DNA from: Octopus vulgaris
Taxonomy: Eukaryota
Length of the DNA stretch: 64,000 bases
Direction: 5' to 3'
Assembly (NCBI GenBank): GCA_951406725.2
Contig: OX597817.1
Span: forward strand, 130,448,001-130,512,000
Under the pieces are notes generated by a model. That model did not search any database. It saw only the letters and a program-made list of their open reading frames with translations, and had not been told where the DNA came from. Positions 38,171-52,371 of the stretch are shown piece by piece. Made by a program: the position numbers and the translations under genes. Position 1 is the first letter of the stretch. Every line of letters begins with the position of its first letter.

Positions 38171-39527
38171 GATGTTCATAATTATTGTATTAATGATGAT
38201 GATTTTCTTCATTAACTACTATTCTTTATGATTGACAAAAAACATTGGGTGCGGTACTGCGTGGAATTACGCAAAAAAAATGTGTATAAGGTAAATAAGA
38301 ACAAAGATGAGATAGGAATAATTCACAGAAAGGGGATAAACCTCCGAGGGCTACTTCTGGAAACACTTTTGTGAATATTTTCATCATATCTACTGGCTGA
38401 ATTGTTAGAGCATCGCGTTAAACCCCCTTTACGTTCTCAGTTCAAATCCCGCCGAAGTCAACTTTACCTTTCATCTTTCTTGGTGTTGATCAAATAAAGC
38501 ACCTCTGAAGTACCGGGGTACTTTAAATAATACTGTAAATCCTATAAATTCACTTCGAATGGAATCATGATAACAGATTAAGCCCGATTTCAAACATTGG
38601 TACAATAATCTCTACACCTTAATCACCCACAAAACTGGAGTTGAGTTGTATGAGCGCACCTGATATTTATTTCTTCATCCTTAGGGGACATGAAAGCAAA
38701 GTCGGCCACCGAGATTTGATCTCGGAAAGTAATGAAATTAGATACTGTAAACTGATTTAGTTCGACTCTGTCACTTTTTATTTGAATTTTTCTTTTTGAG
38801 TAATCACAGACAACTAATTTGTGGAATCTACCTACGGTGAACGACATGCCCCGCTCCAACCTTGCCTATCCCATTATATTATCATGAATACTTCCGTTAT
38901 TGATTAACCGCAGGTCAAGTCTGATCGAGCGACTTCATGATCAAACGTATTCCAATCACGAGTACCTTTAGGATTACATTGTTCAATGTGTCCTTCATGT
39001 TTAAGGTGATAGGGCGTAATTCGGGAGAGATTTAACTGCGGTTTCTAGCAGCTACCTCGTTGGTGGTTATTTTTTGGTCCTAAGACAACCTTGATCAGTG
39101 ACTATTCCATTTTCGGAGAATAATGTGTGATTTGAAGAAGATATGACTAGAAATATAAGAAACTATGTGTGTGTATTTGTGTCATTTTGCTCAGCATGCT
39201 TGGTATGTGTGTGTTCATTGTCTTTTTGCCCTCGATTCAGGTACATTTTGATTGGTTGAGACTGCTAACTCCTCGCACTCGCAGTGTCTTTTCCATCTGG
39301 CTACTGCAATTGAGTTCTGTTGAACAGGAAAATGGCACAATCGAACCCCAAGACCAAGTCTTCGTTGATGTAGCGGTTCTAATAAAAGCTCTGGTTGCTG
39401 GACATACTTCAGTTGCCAAAATCTGCCCACCCCATCAATGTCATTCTCTCCCTCTCTCTCCAACACATAATCTACCTACATTATACAACTCTCCTGCTCC
39501 AATCTCGCTTTACTGTATGTCTATTGA

Positions 39528-39720
39528 TGTTGTTTAGCCCTAGGTCAAACCTAATCGAGCAGACCTTTGATTAGAGGCATTCTATCCGTGATCACCCCGT
39601 CTTTTATTCAGATTTACGCCGTCAAATGTCTTTCCTTTTTTTTTTAAAGACGGCAGTAAGGGTGCAATTTGAAGGAGATTTGGCTGTTATTTTTAGCATG
39701 TGCGCCCACGTAGTCTCTTT
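39528..39720 (-). mobile_element. dispersed headless repeat (family D), representative copy
   Basis: tgttgtttagccc..ggtca..atcgagcagacct..gat ... gagatttggctgttattt..agca; related copies at many positions in the window. Confidence 0.7.
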
Positions 39721-41206
39721 CACTGACTCAGTCGAACTATTCGGCGTGTACATAAACACACTGCACACATCTAAACTAACCGACACATACACATATGGCT
39801 GAGATAGCTACCGCGCTAACGCATACACACTTTCACATACATTAACATATACACCCTAAACACAACTTCACATAGCGAATCCACCAGATCATTCATACAC
39901 AATGTTTGTGTCACATCATAAACGTGAGAAATTGCTTTAAAGCGAAAGGAAAAAAAAGTAAAAGTTTAAATTTTTCAGGTGACTTATTGTAAAAGTCTGA
40001 TTTCTCAGTAACTGGATCCAGGTATTCAATAATAAAATATCTTTTAGTGAGATACTGTTATAGAAAATACTCTTATACTTCATATTTTTATATACTATAG
40101 CTGACAGACTACCTACCCAATTGTCGGTCTTTTCTATTGATAACCCTACTGAAACTCCGTGCAAACTACATAGACACATACTTAATTAACACAACGTCAC
40201 ACACACACACCAAACTCCCCAACATGACTCGACTTGCTAGAAGAAATAGCTGCCAAATCACACCTTACTGTCGGGAGAAATGAAGGACACATTAGGAAAA
40301 GTAGTTTCGGAAATGCATTAAGACATTCAAAAACGCAGTGGTTACGACTGGAAAGATCTTTTATCATAGGTGTGCTCGATAAAAACTGATCTGGCGCTAA
40401 ACACCATCATCACAGCACACAGTGAAGTCGCCGACAGACATGCGATAGAGTATCCCTCCTTCCAAAAAAAAAGGTAGGGGGGATTTAGCAGACAAATGTT
40501 GTTATGACCATCTCTGCGAGGAGAATTCTGACTGAAAGTGGAACCTTAATTATAAATCATCATCGTTGGAAGTAAAAGCGGCTGTGATAATAGTGATAGT
40601 GGCGGTTGTGTATGTAGATAGAATGGTTTCAATTAGATTCTAGTCGCCTATGGGTATGTACTGTGATGGTGGTGGTGGTCTTGATAGTGGAAGGGTGTGG
40701 TTAAATTTATAGGTGGAAAGGTTATCGTTGTTGTTATAGTTTGTCTAACCTCGTTTCTGTGTATAAAGACTGTCTTTATAGAGAAATGTAGTGTTGTTGG
40801 CTGATAGTTTTGGTGGCAGCGGTGACGGTCATGATTGCAGTTGTGGTGATAGTAGTGTTGTTGATAGTGGTAGGCGAAATGTTGTAGTGTTTGAAGTAGT
40901 GTTCGTGGTTTGTTGGTTTGAAAATAATTGCAACAGTAGTAGTAATTGCTATTTCATTCAGATACAGTACATCTGTCTAGGACTATATTCACTATCCGAT
41001 GCTAAAGTGGTTTAACTCGAGAGGGATTTGGTTGCTATTTCTAGCAGGTCGAGTACCCAAGCAGAGGCTTTGTCAGTGGTTGTAGTAGTAGTAGTTGTGT
41101 GTGGTATGTATTGTATTTTTTCTGGCTGTGTAGACTCCAAAACAGTGATTGTCACACTCTAACAGTCATACATGTATTCAATCGTCTACGGCTGGCTGAC
41201 TACATA

Positions 41207-41254
<48 letters not shown>

Positions 41255-42432
41255 CTGCCCATTGATACGTTTTCAGCCTTGACATTTTCCTCCGCTTACG
41301 AAACCTCTAGATGGACGCTCTCTCTCATCAACAACAGTCAGATCTCCCTCAAAACGCGAAGGACACCTGGATGCGCATATAGTATTACATATCTCTGAAA
41401 AAAAAAAAAAGGAAAAAAACGGGATGATCATGGCTAGAGTGTTCTTAGATCATATTGCTTAGAGTTGAGCTAGGTGGCACTAAGCGACAACCACCGTTTT
41501 TGAACCAACGTCGGGGTCCTCTACGTGGTTGATCGATCTTCTAGAAATAACAGCCATATTTCCCTTGAATCATGTTTTAACAAAGGATATATTGGATAAT
41601 ATTGTGTAATGAGTACGTGGTGGTTTTTTTTTACAAAAAAGAAAAGAGAGAGATGAGAGAGAGGTCATATTGCTTGAATAATTTGGTTATGCTTGTGCTG
41701 CAAGTCAAAACGAAAGATGGCCCAGACGGTCATCCTCGAATATAACAATGACATTTCTGTAAGTCAAAACGAAAGATAGCCCAGACACTGGGCTAAAATA
41801 ACATCTGCTGGATACTTGTGTGTGTGTGTCTGTGTGTGTGTTACACACCCGCGCATCTCTGTGTGTGTATAAAGCGAGAGAGGGGGGTATACATCTGCTT
41901 GTAGTATTTAAAAATGTGTGCACCAATTACGTACGTAATATATAGACACTCTTACACACACACACACGGTTGATGTTTGGTGTGGTGTGTCGATGTGATC
42001 TAGTTTTGTATGATGTGCGTGCTATTTAGCATCCAGGTCAGCTATAATCGAGTAGGTTATATTTGAGCAAAGGTATTCTAACTGCGTCTAGCCAGTCTTT
42101 TTTTGGTCTTTTTTTTTCTGTATCAACGACTATTGTCCAAGGTATAGTTTGAAGTAGATTAGGCTGTTACTTCTAGCTTGGTTGATGGACCGGGTAAGAG
42201 ACACCTCATGGTGTAATATATGCGTGCATATGAGTGTGTGTGTGTGTGTGTGTGTGTAAATCAATGGAAACCAAGTATGCACATACCACATGCATATACA
42301 TGTGGTCATCCACACACTAGTTTCTAGTTTCAATATTCGGTCTCTCAACACTCCGATTGTGTTTCTGCGGTAGTGTTTATGATAATGATGATAATAAAAA
42401 AAGGGTTTAAACGAGAAAGAAAAAATATTAAA

Positions 42433-42499
<67 letters not shown>

Positions 42500-43464
42500 T
42501 TCATTCTAGATTGTTCCTTGCTGTTATTGATTGATTTCAGCTCATATTGGTCAATATAGTTTTCTCCCACCACAGCTACCTTGCTCTCTCTCTCTCATAC
42601 ACACACACACACACAGTCTGTGTATGTGTGTGTACATATCTCCTGCCACTCCTTCGTCTATTCTTGGCACATGTGCCATTAACCTCGTATTGTCAGTCTG
42701 TCGCCGACACAACACCAGCCGCCAGTTAAAATAGGCGCCAGACTGCGCTTGCATGTATTAAAAATCGAATTTTACACTCACACAAAAACACACATTCTAA
42801 ACAGCAGCAGGAAACTTTCAAATGGGCCTATTGTCTTGCTAGAAATAGCAGCCAAGTCAGCCTCAGAATCGATCAATATCGACTTAAAAATTAACATATT
42901 CGATAACATTTTACACGCTCACTAACATAATGGGAAAGCTGCAAGAAATAATGACCAAGTCTCCCTCAAACCATTATGCAATATTGTTTTCGAAAATGAA
43001 AGCTACATTAGGTTATGGGATCCTAGACTCAAGGAAAATATTTGAAAATAAGACAAGGTGGCCACGGCTAAACTACTTTCGACCATGGAAGCTGTTTGAT
43101 CAGGACTGGGGGTAATGTAATCGACTTGATCATATGTGACTACTACTTATTGTAATAGACATCTGGAAGATGAAAGACAAAGTAGACTTTAGCAGGATTC
43201 GAACCCATAGAGCAACAAATTATCTAAGTTTTACTACACTACATTTATTTTAGTCGACGCTTTACTGACTTTGTCATCCACATGTTTTCAAAAGCTGTTT
43301 TCTTTTATAATTTCATTCGCATACTGTTTGATGGAGCTTTATTTAATTCGGTAGAGATGAAAGGTAAAGTTGTCCGCGGTGAGATTTGAACTCAGAACGT
43401 AAAGAACTGTAACCGAATGCTGCAAAGCATTTCGACCTACACGCTACCGATTTTTATTTTTTTT

Positions 43465-43687
43465 TATTGCTCACAAGGGGCTAAACACAAAGGAGACAAA
43501 CAAGGACAGACAAAGGGATTAAGTCGATTACATCGACCTCAGTGCGTAACTGGTACTTAATTTATCGACCCCGAAAGGATGAAAGGCAAAGTCGACTTCG
43601 GCGGAATTTGAACTCAGAACCGTAACGGCAGACGAAATACCGCTAAGCACTTCGCCCGGCGTGCTAACGTTTCTGCCAGCTCGCCGA
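43465..43687 (-). mobile_element. young SINE family B
   Basis: Near-identical to 23929-24158. Confidence 0.92.
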
Positions 43688-46600
43688 TTCTGCATCGACG
43701 TAGCCTCTACGAGATTGCTTGAACGCCTAGAAATAACAACTAAATCTCTCTGAGAAAAGGACAGGTGAGGTAATGAGGATTCAAGTTTCCCGCACATATG
43801 GTAAAATGGGATGGTAGCGGCTCAAATGCCTTTAATCATAGGTCTGCTCGATAGGGTTCGATTTAAGGGAGGTTTGGCTGCTATTTCTAGTAGATTGAGT
43901 GACCTTTAGGGTTCTCATCTAGTTCATCACAACATGATTTGTTGCAAAGTTATGAAGTCTCCGATTTTATACGGCTCATCGGTGGCGGAAGTAATGCGAT
44001 TTACTTGCTGTTATTTAGCCCCAAGTCAACTATGATCGATGATTGCTACTAATCAAAAGCAATCCAGTCGTGATCGCCTCGTCTTGTCTTTGGGGGAAGT
44101 GAGATGCGGTCAGTTCTTAACCTTTGTGTCAATACATTTGATTTAAGAGAAATTTGGCTGCTATTTCTAGCAGGTCAAATGACCGCGTAAAAGCTCCCGC
44201 TTTGATCTACTTGCTTTGTTTGCGGACATCGCGACGACCTAAGTGAAGTAAAATGGGCAGCGACGGGAATCGAGTCGAGTTTGCCGGGCAGAAGGGAGCA
44301 GGGGCCTTTCGAATATAGTATAATGGCGTATTGTTGTTTATCTTCCTATCAACATATCTCTGACGACATCCACCCCCACTCTCTGTGTCTCTTCTCCTTC
44401 TTCCCATAGTTACTTCCCACGTATTTCTGCTGTTTATAACTGATCACAGAGTAAAGTCGTTGTTCTTGTGTGTGTGTGTGTGTATAAATGTTCTTTTCCT
44501 TTTTTCTTTCAACCGTCACTTTACTTACTCCCCCACCACCCACAGGTCTCCCTTGCCCACTGCTAGTCTTCAATAAAACAAAAAAATAACCTATGGAGTC
44601 CTTACATCATCATCGCCTCTGTACCTCTTCGTTTTTTTTTTGCTATTCCTCCCTCCACGTCTCCTTCCACTTATCTTAACTTCGTTCTCGACCTCCACCA
44701 GAATAAATTAAGTCACCCTTTTTCTTTTCATTCCCGACTATGACCTTTAATGCAGAAGTGTAGTGGAGGGGGGGGAGCATAAAAGAGAAAACAACAGCAC
44801 TTCTAACAGAATCTGCATCATTTTACTCTTCCCTCCCCACAAAATGGTCGTTTGTTTGCCTCACCGTCTCAAACCTTTTGCCCTCCTATAGATCTAACCC
44901 TACCTACCTACCTACCTACCCAAGCAACATTCAACTTCAGTTAGGACCAACACCATTAAACAAACTTTCTCCTGCATAAATTCCGTTTCTTTAAAATGTA
45001 CCTTATCTCAACGTTTAAACTTTACAAATTACTGTTGTTTAGTCCCAGGTCATCCCCAATCCAGAAGATTTATGATAAAAAAAATCATGACCATATACTA
45101 TTCAATGTAGCCTTCCTTTTGTTTTAAACGCAGTAAGGTACAATTTGGTATGAGGTGGAGAGATTTGGTTGCTATTTTTAGCCCAGTTCTATCGTTGGTT
45201 CGTGGATTATTCAGTCCCAGGTCAGTTCGACCATCACATCATTTTAATTTTCCAGACATAACATGTCTAGGACTTCAGTAGTCAATGAGTCAAACTTTTA
45301 AAAGGGTTAGGTGTGATATGAGTGATATATGGCCTTTATTTCCATTGTCAAGCAACTAAGTATAGGTTAGCTTGTGTTTTAACTGTTTTTCCAGTAGGCA
45401 GAATCATCAATTATTTCCTTGAATTTTGGTTTTTATTCTTCTGCAAACTGGCTACACCATCATCTTATCATCTCTGTCCCCCACTCTGCCTCTTTTCTGT
45501 CTGACTCTTGGTTTGGAAAGAGGTGAAGGAGAGAAGAGCAGAAACTTTCAACAATAGAAAAAACGTCAAAGCTTTTGTTAGATACAGCTCAGGAATAATA
45601 CATTTTCCCTATTTTTTGCTCCTTTCCCTCCACCCTGTCTATAAATGGAGGTAGGACTATTGAACTTTCAAATTCTCCTTTCTTGCTTCTACTCGCTTTT
45701 ATTTTACCAATCTATCCATGGATTGAAAATAGTGCTGAGGCGGGTGGGGAAAAACACCTATATACATAGTATATACTAACTTTCATTTTCCAAATTTGCC
45801 TCCTTCTCTCTCTCTCCCTCTTTCTCTGGGTATTTTAGATTTTAACTTCCTTCTCTAACAACCCTTCTTTCTCCCTCTCTTCCCTTCTCTCCGCCAGTCT
45901 GTCTGATTTTCTTTATGCAAATAGCTCTCCCATTCTACGCAACTCTCACTATCCCTTGGGTGCATGCAGAAAAGGAATAAAGGCTCCCTTGTTGTCATCA
46001 CTAGCTCATATCTTTCATTAGCTTACAAAATTACCAGAACTGGAAATTTCATTCACTCCACACATTTTCAGAATGTACTTTCTTAAATTTTTAACCTCAG
46101 GATACTAGCTTGACTTTCTAATTTTCTTTTGATATACTATTTACATGCCTAGTTGTATCATATTAATTACACACTGTCCTTTTCTAATTTAGAGTGCTTA
46201 TGAAACTGTCTTTGTTTAGAAAAATGTATTTTATTTTATTGCACTTTTGCTTTAGTTAAGTTGCTCCATAAGATGAACACAGAAAAATGCTTGTATAGGT
46301 TTATATAACTATTTAACCTTAAGCAAAAAATGGCTACAGAACAGGCAACACTTTTGAATTCTTCCACAGAAATTCCGTGACATTATATACTTGTCAAGAA
46401 AGTCCCAGAGGTCATTTGTTCATTTGTTGGCCCACCGTTGTAAGGAAGAAAAAACACTTCTATTTTGAAATTTTTTTGTATGCCCCTCACCAACAAAAGC
46501 AAGAAGTTTGTTAGTTCTTTGATAGGACAGTAATTTATTTAACTGACTTTATTCACTTTTTGTCCCATTGGCAAAAAAGTTAGGGTGTAGTGTTATGGCA

Positions 46601-47808
46601 AGCCTGACAGTGGTTGTTGTTACCATGACCTAGGTCACCATGTCCTAACCTATCACTGTATTTATAGACTATTGGCTTATAACCAATACTAAATGGCTAT
46701 GTGGAACTGTTAGGCTACCCTCATCCCCCTCTCTGTACTACAACAAGGAGCAGCTGCTGAGATTGATGCAAAGCTATAGAAATACATTTTGGCTGTATGC
46801 TGTAACTAATCAACAATGCAATGAAGAGACAGTTGCATTTCAAAGACATTCAAGTTGATATGTTTTAGAGCAGGGATTGCAAATCCTTGATATGCATGTC
46901 AGTGGCAAAATGCTGCAGCTTTTAAGTGACATGTGGTGCACTTCAAAAATAAATAAAACAAAACAAAATTCTCCCTGAAAAAAGCTTATTGATAAGTGTT
47001 TACCTAAAACTAAAAAACATGCAACATTCCAAAAACAGGTTTATGAAAGAAACGAAATATTTTTAGCCAAATGTGTTCATATTTACCATTGCTGTTTTAA
47101 GGACCATCAGCTCAGTCAGTAAGGATTTTTCATGTTCCTGACTCAACGTTGATACTTGAAGTCTACTACTTTGCCTTAGCTGGGACAATTTACCTACAGA
47201 AAATTGGCATCTTGTCCAAGTGATAGAATATTGAGCTATGCATTTGTCATCTGTAATCCCAACATTCATGAAACAAGGAACTACCTGTCTTTCTGTGTCA
47301 TAGACTATACAACTGTGTGGTTGTTTGATCAATGAAAAATAATAACAAATTTTCCTCAAATCACACCCTATATTTTTTTAAAAAGGAAAAGGACATTATA
47401 CAATGTAATCCTTGATATTTCTGAAGGACAGGATGGTCACAACTAGAATGTCTTTGATCATATGTTTACTCAACTGGAATTAACCTGAAGCTCAACACTA
47501 ACTTGCTTCAATATTCTAAGATAAATCCATCTATTCTTAGAATGTCAAAACTCTTCAATAGACACCAATATGACAGTTCTTATTGGTTTCTTTTGAAGAG
47601 TACTGACATTCTTGAAAATGGAAAAATTATCTAATAGAGCATATACCAAAAGGTTGTTTATTAAAGAATATAGACTTCATGCGACTGATGTCTTCCAAAA
47701 ATCTCTGATTTTTCATTTTTTTAAATTGATATTTTGGCAGTTTGTCCCTTATCTTTGTCTCCTTGTCTGGTCCTTACTATTACATGTTTTACTGTAACTG
47801 AATATCCT

Positions 47809-47845
<37 letters not shown>

Positions 47846-47846
<1 letters not shown>

Positions 47847-48215
47847 AGCATGGCTGTATGGTAAGATGCCTGCAGCCCAACAGTTGTATGGTACCTTGGC
47901 CAAGTATCTTCTGCTATAGTTCCAGGCCAACCAAAACCTTATGAGTGGATTTGGTAGACGGAAAACTGAAAGAAGGCCATCATACATATATATGATTATA
48001 TATGTACATGTGTGTTGTCTCCTTGACTTGACATTACATGATAGTTATAAATGGATGTCACCATCATACAAGTAGAGGTCCTTTATTTCCAATCTTCCTT
48101 GAAAACAGTTGAGTTAGTAACAGGAAGGGCACTCAGCCTTAAAAAATCTGCCTCCACAAATTCCATCTGACCCATGTAAACATGAAAACGTAAACATTAA
48201 AATGATGATGATGAT
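47846..48215 (+). mobile_element. SINE family A with A2 (RTE-like) tail
   Basis: A head followed by caggaagggca..aaaatctgcctc..ctgacccatg..cattaaaatgatgatgatg. Confidence 0.8.
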
Positions 48216-49847
48216 TGTGTGTGTAATTCAAGCTAGCCTAATGGTTGCCTGTTACTCTGGAGTTTACACATCATGCTGCCACTTCTTTGGACAAGTCAGA
48301 TTGAGCCAAATTCAATTTACTGCACTCTATAGTTGTATTGCATACTTCTTCTCAGGATCATTACCCAACAATGGATACATACACATATTTGCCAATATGC
48401 CCTTTCTATCAATATCAATGTGTTTTCATAAGCCAACAAAGGAACTGCTACACAGTTGTTTGACTAGTTAAAAATAACAGCCAATGTTCTCCCTGTTTAC
48501 ATTCTGTCTAAAAAAAAGAAAAAGAAGTCTACATCAGATAATGTTGGCTTCTTGTCTGAAAAAAAATACAATTTAATTTTTAAAATTTTGCTTTTGAAGT
48601 TATGAATGGAATATCTTTGATTGGGATTGATGGATCAGGGCTGACCTGGATCCAAACAATACCAGCCAATAAAGTAGCTTCTATTTCTCATACTTTGAGT
48701 GATCCAGAAACTTGTCTCAGTTTGTTGTTTAGCCACAGAGGAGCTCTGAATGAGCCAACCTTTAATCAGAGACATTTTGGACTGCATTACCTATATCCTT
48801 CCTTCCTTTTTTTTTTTTTGTTGTTAAGATGGTAAAGTCTGATTTGGGATACATGGTTGCTGTTTCTAGTTGTTTCAGCTACTATATAATGGCTCCCTCA
48901 CATGTTGCTTTTTGTAAATGTCACTTGACCACAGGATGAGCCCCTAACTTCCTCTTTGCTTTTATCAAGTTGTAAAGTAGAAGTTGCCATTTCTTTGCAA
49001 ACTTTTGAGACTTGCTCTTATATTATATCAAATAATCATTGACCAGCATCTTCAATAACATCCATATGCACAGGTTATTTTCTTTTACTATTTTGTTGTT
49101 TGTTGGATCAATCTGTCTGCAAAATAGCTTTTCTTGTGGTCATCTTTAATGAATGTTCATTTCTTCAAGTAATTAATCATCTTTGCTCAGTTTGAACGGC
49201 TTCATATTTTGGCCTTCATCTATTTGGACAGACTACCTTTTACTGCCAGACCATAGTAGCCATTTCTTTAACATAGTTCTCACCATCACTTATTTAGATA
49301 GTCTTTAATTCTAATTCCCAACAGCCAGTTTTGATCAATTGGACTTTCATTACACAGTTATTTCATTATATCTGCTTCATTCCACCTCAGTAGTTTTCAT
49401 TCTAAACCAGTTCATCTTGAAGAGAAGCAGCCTTGCTCATTCATTTATAGTATGCATATCTGTATACATGTGTGTGTGTGTGGTGTGAGTCTTGAAGTAA
49501 AATTTTTGGTGGGTAGGGGATAAGAGAAAAGTGAAGTTAGTGGAATAATGGAGTTTGTCAAAGTTGGAAACGTTTATTGGAAATACTTGAGAACACAGGT
49601 TCAAGAGTGAAGCATTCCTGTACATAAATGACATTTGGCTCTGGGCTAAGGAGAAAGATACAGTAAGTGTATAAAAGCAAATATGAACAGAAAGTTAAGT
49701 TGGAGCGAGGAAGTTTGAAGCAGTGAGAGTTTCAATGCAGTAGTTCTGTATGAAGTGATAAAGATTATAACTCAACTACATCTGGGATAAATTATAGCAT
49801 CTCTTCCCCACCTCTCTCTCTCTCTCTCTCACACACACACAATTTGG

Positions 49848-50420
49848 CCTTTTAGCACTTAAACTGGCCATATCTGACCCAAATATTCTTTTTATGTTCA
49901 AACTAGCCAGAATCAGTGCCTTTCACACCTATTCTACAGTGTCATTCTAAAAATAATAATCTCATCATCAAAATCTTGAAACTCCAAGATAACGCATGAT
50001 TAATTTAAACAATGTGAATAAATAAGCATTACATCCAACAGAGTGCAGGCACATGGCTCAGTGTTTGGCTCACAATCATGAGGTAGTGAGTTGGATTCTT
50101 GGGCTGTGTGTTGTGTTCTTGAGCAAGACACTTTGTTTCATGTTGTTCCAGTTCACACATTTGTAGAAATGAGTTACAACATCCCTGGTGCCAATCTGTA
50201 TGGGCCTTTGCTTTTCCCTTGGACAACATCAGTGGCATGGAGAGGGGAGACCAGTATGCATGGGTGACTGCTGGTCTTCCCTAAACAACCTTGCCTGAAC
50301 TTGTGCCTCTGAGGGGAACTTTCTAGGTGCAATCCCATAACCCTTCATGACCAAAAGGGGCCTTTTACTTTACTTTCTTTTTTTACATTCAACAGAGTAA
50401 TCTGAATGCTAAAGGATTAA
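49848..50420. mobile_element. piggyBac-type MITE interrupted by a SINE C (50047-50382)
   Basis: Ends ccttttagca / tgctaaagga-ttaa; ttacat(c/t)caacagagt is duplicated around the SINE. Confidence 0.7.
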
Positions 50421-50570
50421 TCAACTTGACTATCAGGAAAATGTCATACACAAGAGACTATTGTGAGAAGTCCTGTTCAGATTGTGCTCACTTAAAAATT
50501 AAATCAAAATAAGTCAACAAATCAAAAATAAATATGGCAGACCCACATACTACCATAACGAATGCCTTGA

Positions 50571-50787
50571 CCCTTTAGTATTTAAATTACTCTAACAAAT
50601 GTAATATTTATTATTCGCAGTTTTGTATTGATCATGCAATATATTGTAGCTTTGAGATTTCGATGATGTGATCATTTTTCTTTTGAATGTCATTATAGGG
50701 TAGGTGTGAGAGGCTGGATCAGGCTGGTTTGAACATAAAACTGGTAAAATGTTTGGGCCAGATATGGCCAATTTAAATGTTAGAGGG
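50571..50787. mobile_element. second copy of the same MITE, opposite orientation
   Basis: ccctttagtattt..gggccagatatggccaatttaaatgttagaggg is the reverse complement of the 49848 element. Confidence 0.7.
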
Positions 50788-50916
50788 TTTTCCATCCTAA
50801 TCACATTCTTCCCAAGCTACAAGTCACATGTGTATTACCTGATCAAACAACTATGTTGAACAATCTTTGGTTAATTATCCATAAGAAAAAATTTAAACAT
50901 TATTTAAGAATTTGGC

Positions 50917-51832
50917 CATCATCATCATTGTTTAAAGTCTGTTTTCCATGCTGGCATGGGTTGGACGGTTTGACTGGCAACTGGTAAGCCAGGAGGCAGC
51001 ACCAGGCTCCAATCTGATCTAACAGTATTTCTACAGTGTTTCCTAATGCCAAACACTCTGAGATTTTTATATGCCACTGGCATGGGAGCCAGTCAGGCAG
51101 CACTGGCATCAGCCACGTTCGGTTAGTGCTTTTCATGTGCCACCGGCACGGGGAGCCAGTGAGGTAGCACTGGCAATGACCCGTGTATGCATGGTGCTCA
51201 TTACATGCCACCAGCATGGGTGCCAGTCAAGCGGTACTAGCATCAGCCACAATTACAAATTCCATTTTATCGTAATTTGATTTAAATTTGGATTTGGATT
51301 TTACTTGACTCGATAAGTCTGCTCAAGCACAGAATGTCGCCCAATGATTCAAAGGTACTTTTTAAACTTGCTGGTTATGCTACATTGGTGTTGGGTATGG
51401 CTGTGATCTCACTTTACTTGCTAGGTCTTCTCAATCACAGCATATCTCCAGAGGTCTCAGTCTTTCATCATTGCCTCAATGAGGCTTCACCACCTCATCC
51501 CATGTCTTCCTGGGTCTCCCTCTACCATGGTTCCTTCCACTGTTAGGGAGTGACACTTCTTCACACAGCTTTCCTCATCCATATGCAGTACATGACCATA
51601 CTAGTGCAGACGTCTCTCTTGCCCACCACATCTGATGCTTCTTATGTCCAACATTTCTCTCAGGGTGCTTACACTCTGCAGTGTGTGCACACTGACATTA
51701 CACATCCAGTAGATCATACTAGCTTCATTTCTTTCAAGCTTACACATGTCTTCAGCAGTCACGGCCCATGTTTCACTGCCATGTAGTATGGCAGTTCACA
51801 CACATGCATCATACAATTTACCTTTCACTCTG
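50917..51832 (-). mobile_element. 5'-truncated RTE-clade LINE
   Basis: Minus strand reads RVKGKLYDACV*TAILHGSETWAVTAEDMCKLERNEASMIYWMCNV..RRLH*YGHVLHMDEE..RGRPRKTWDEV, followed by a 3' UTR and (GAT)n tail. Confidence 0.92.
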
Positions 51833-52371
51833 ATGATTTCATAGATTTTTTATTAGACACCTGTGTGTATATCATCATCGTAATCATCATTTTTGGCATC
51901 CACTTTTCTATGCTTGCATGGGTCAGATGAAATTAATTGAGGCAGATTTTCTTTGACTGTTGCCAACCCTTTCTTGTTTCCAAGTAAGGTAATATTTCCC
52001 CAAAGCCTGACAGGTTTTCATAGAAGACTCCAAATGAATGTAACTACTTGTATGACAGTAACACTTGCCTAAAACTAGCATATGATGATGTCAAGACAAG
52101 GAGACACACACACACACACCTACAATAAGGCTTCTTTTAATCTCCATATACTTTATATATATGTGTGTGTTTGTGTGTGTGCTTCCAAGTTTGGAATTTC
52201 TCTACATCTTCAGCAGATTCTGCTGAGAATTAGGTCATTGGCATACAGGTGTTCCTATGGTTATTAGTTGGTCATACATTCTTTTGTTTTTACTGGAATA
52301 TTAGAAAAAAAAGCAGCAGTGAACTGATAACTTAACTGCATGCTGAACATCATAACAATCACTGTGCTTAT

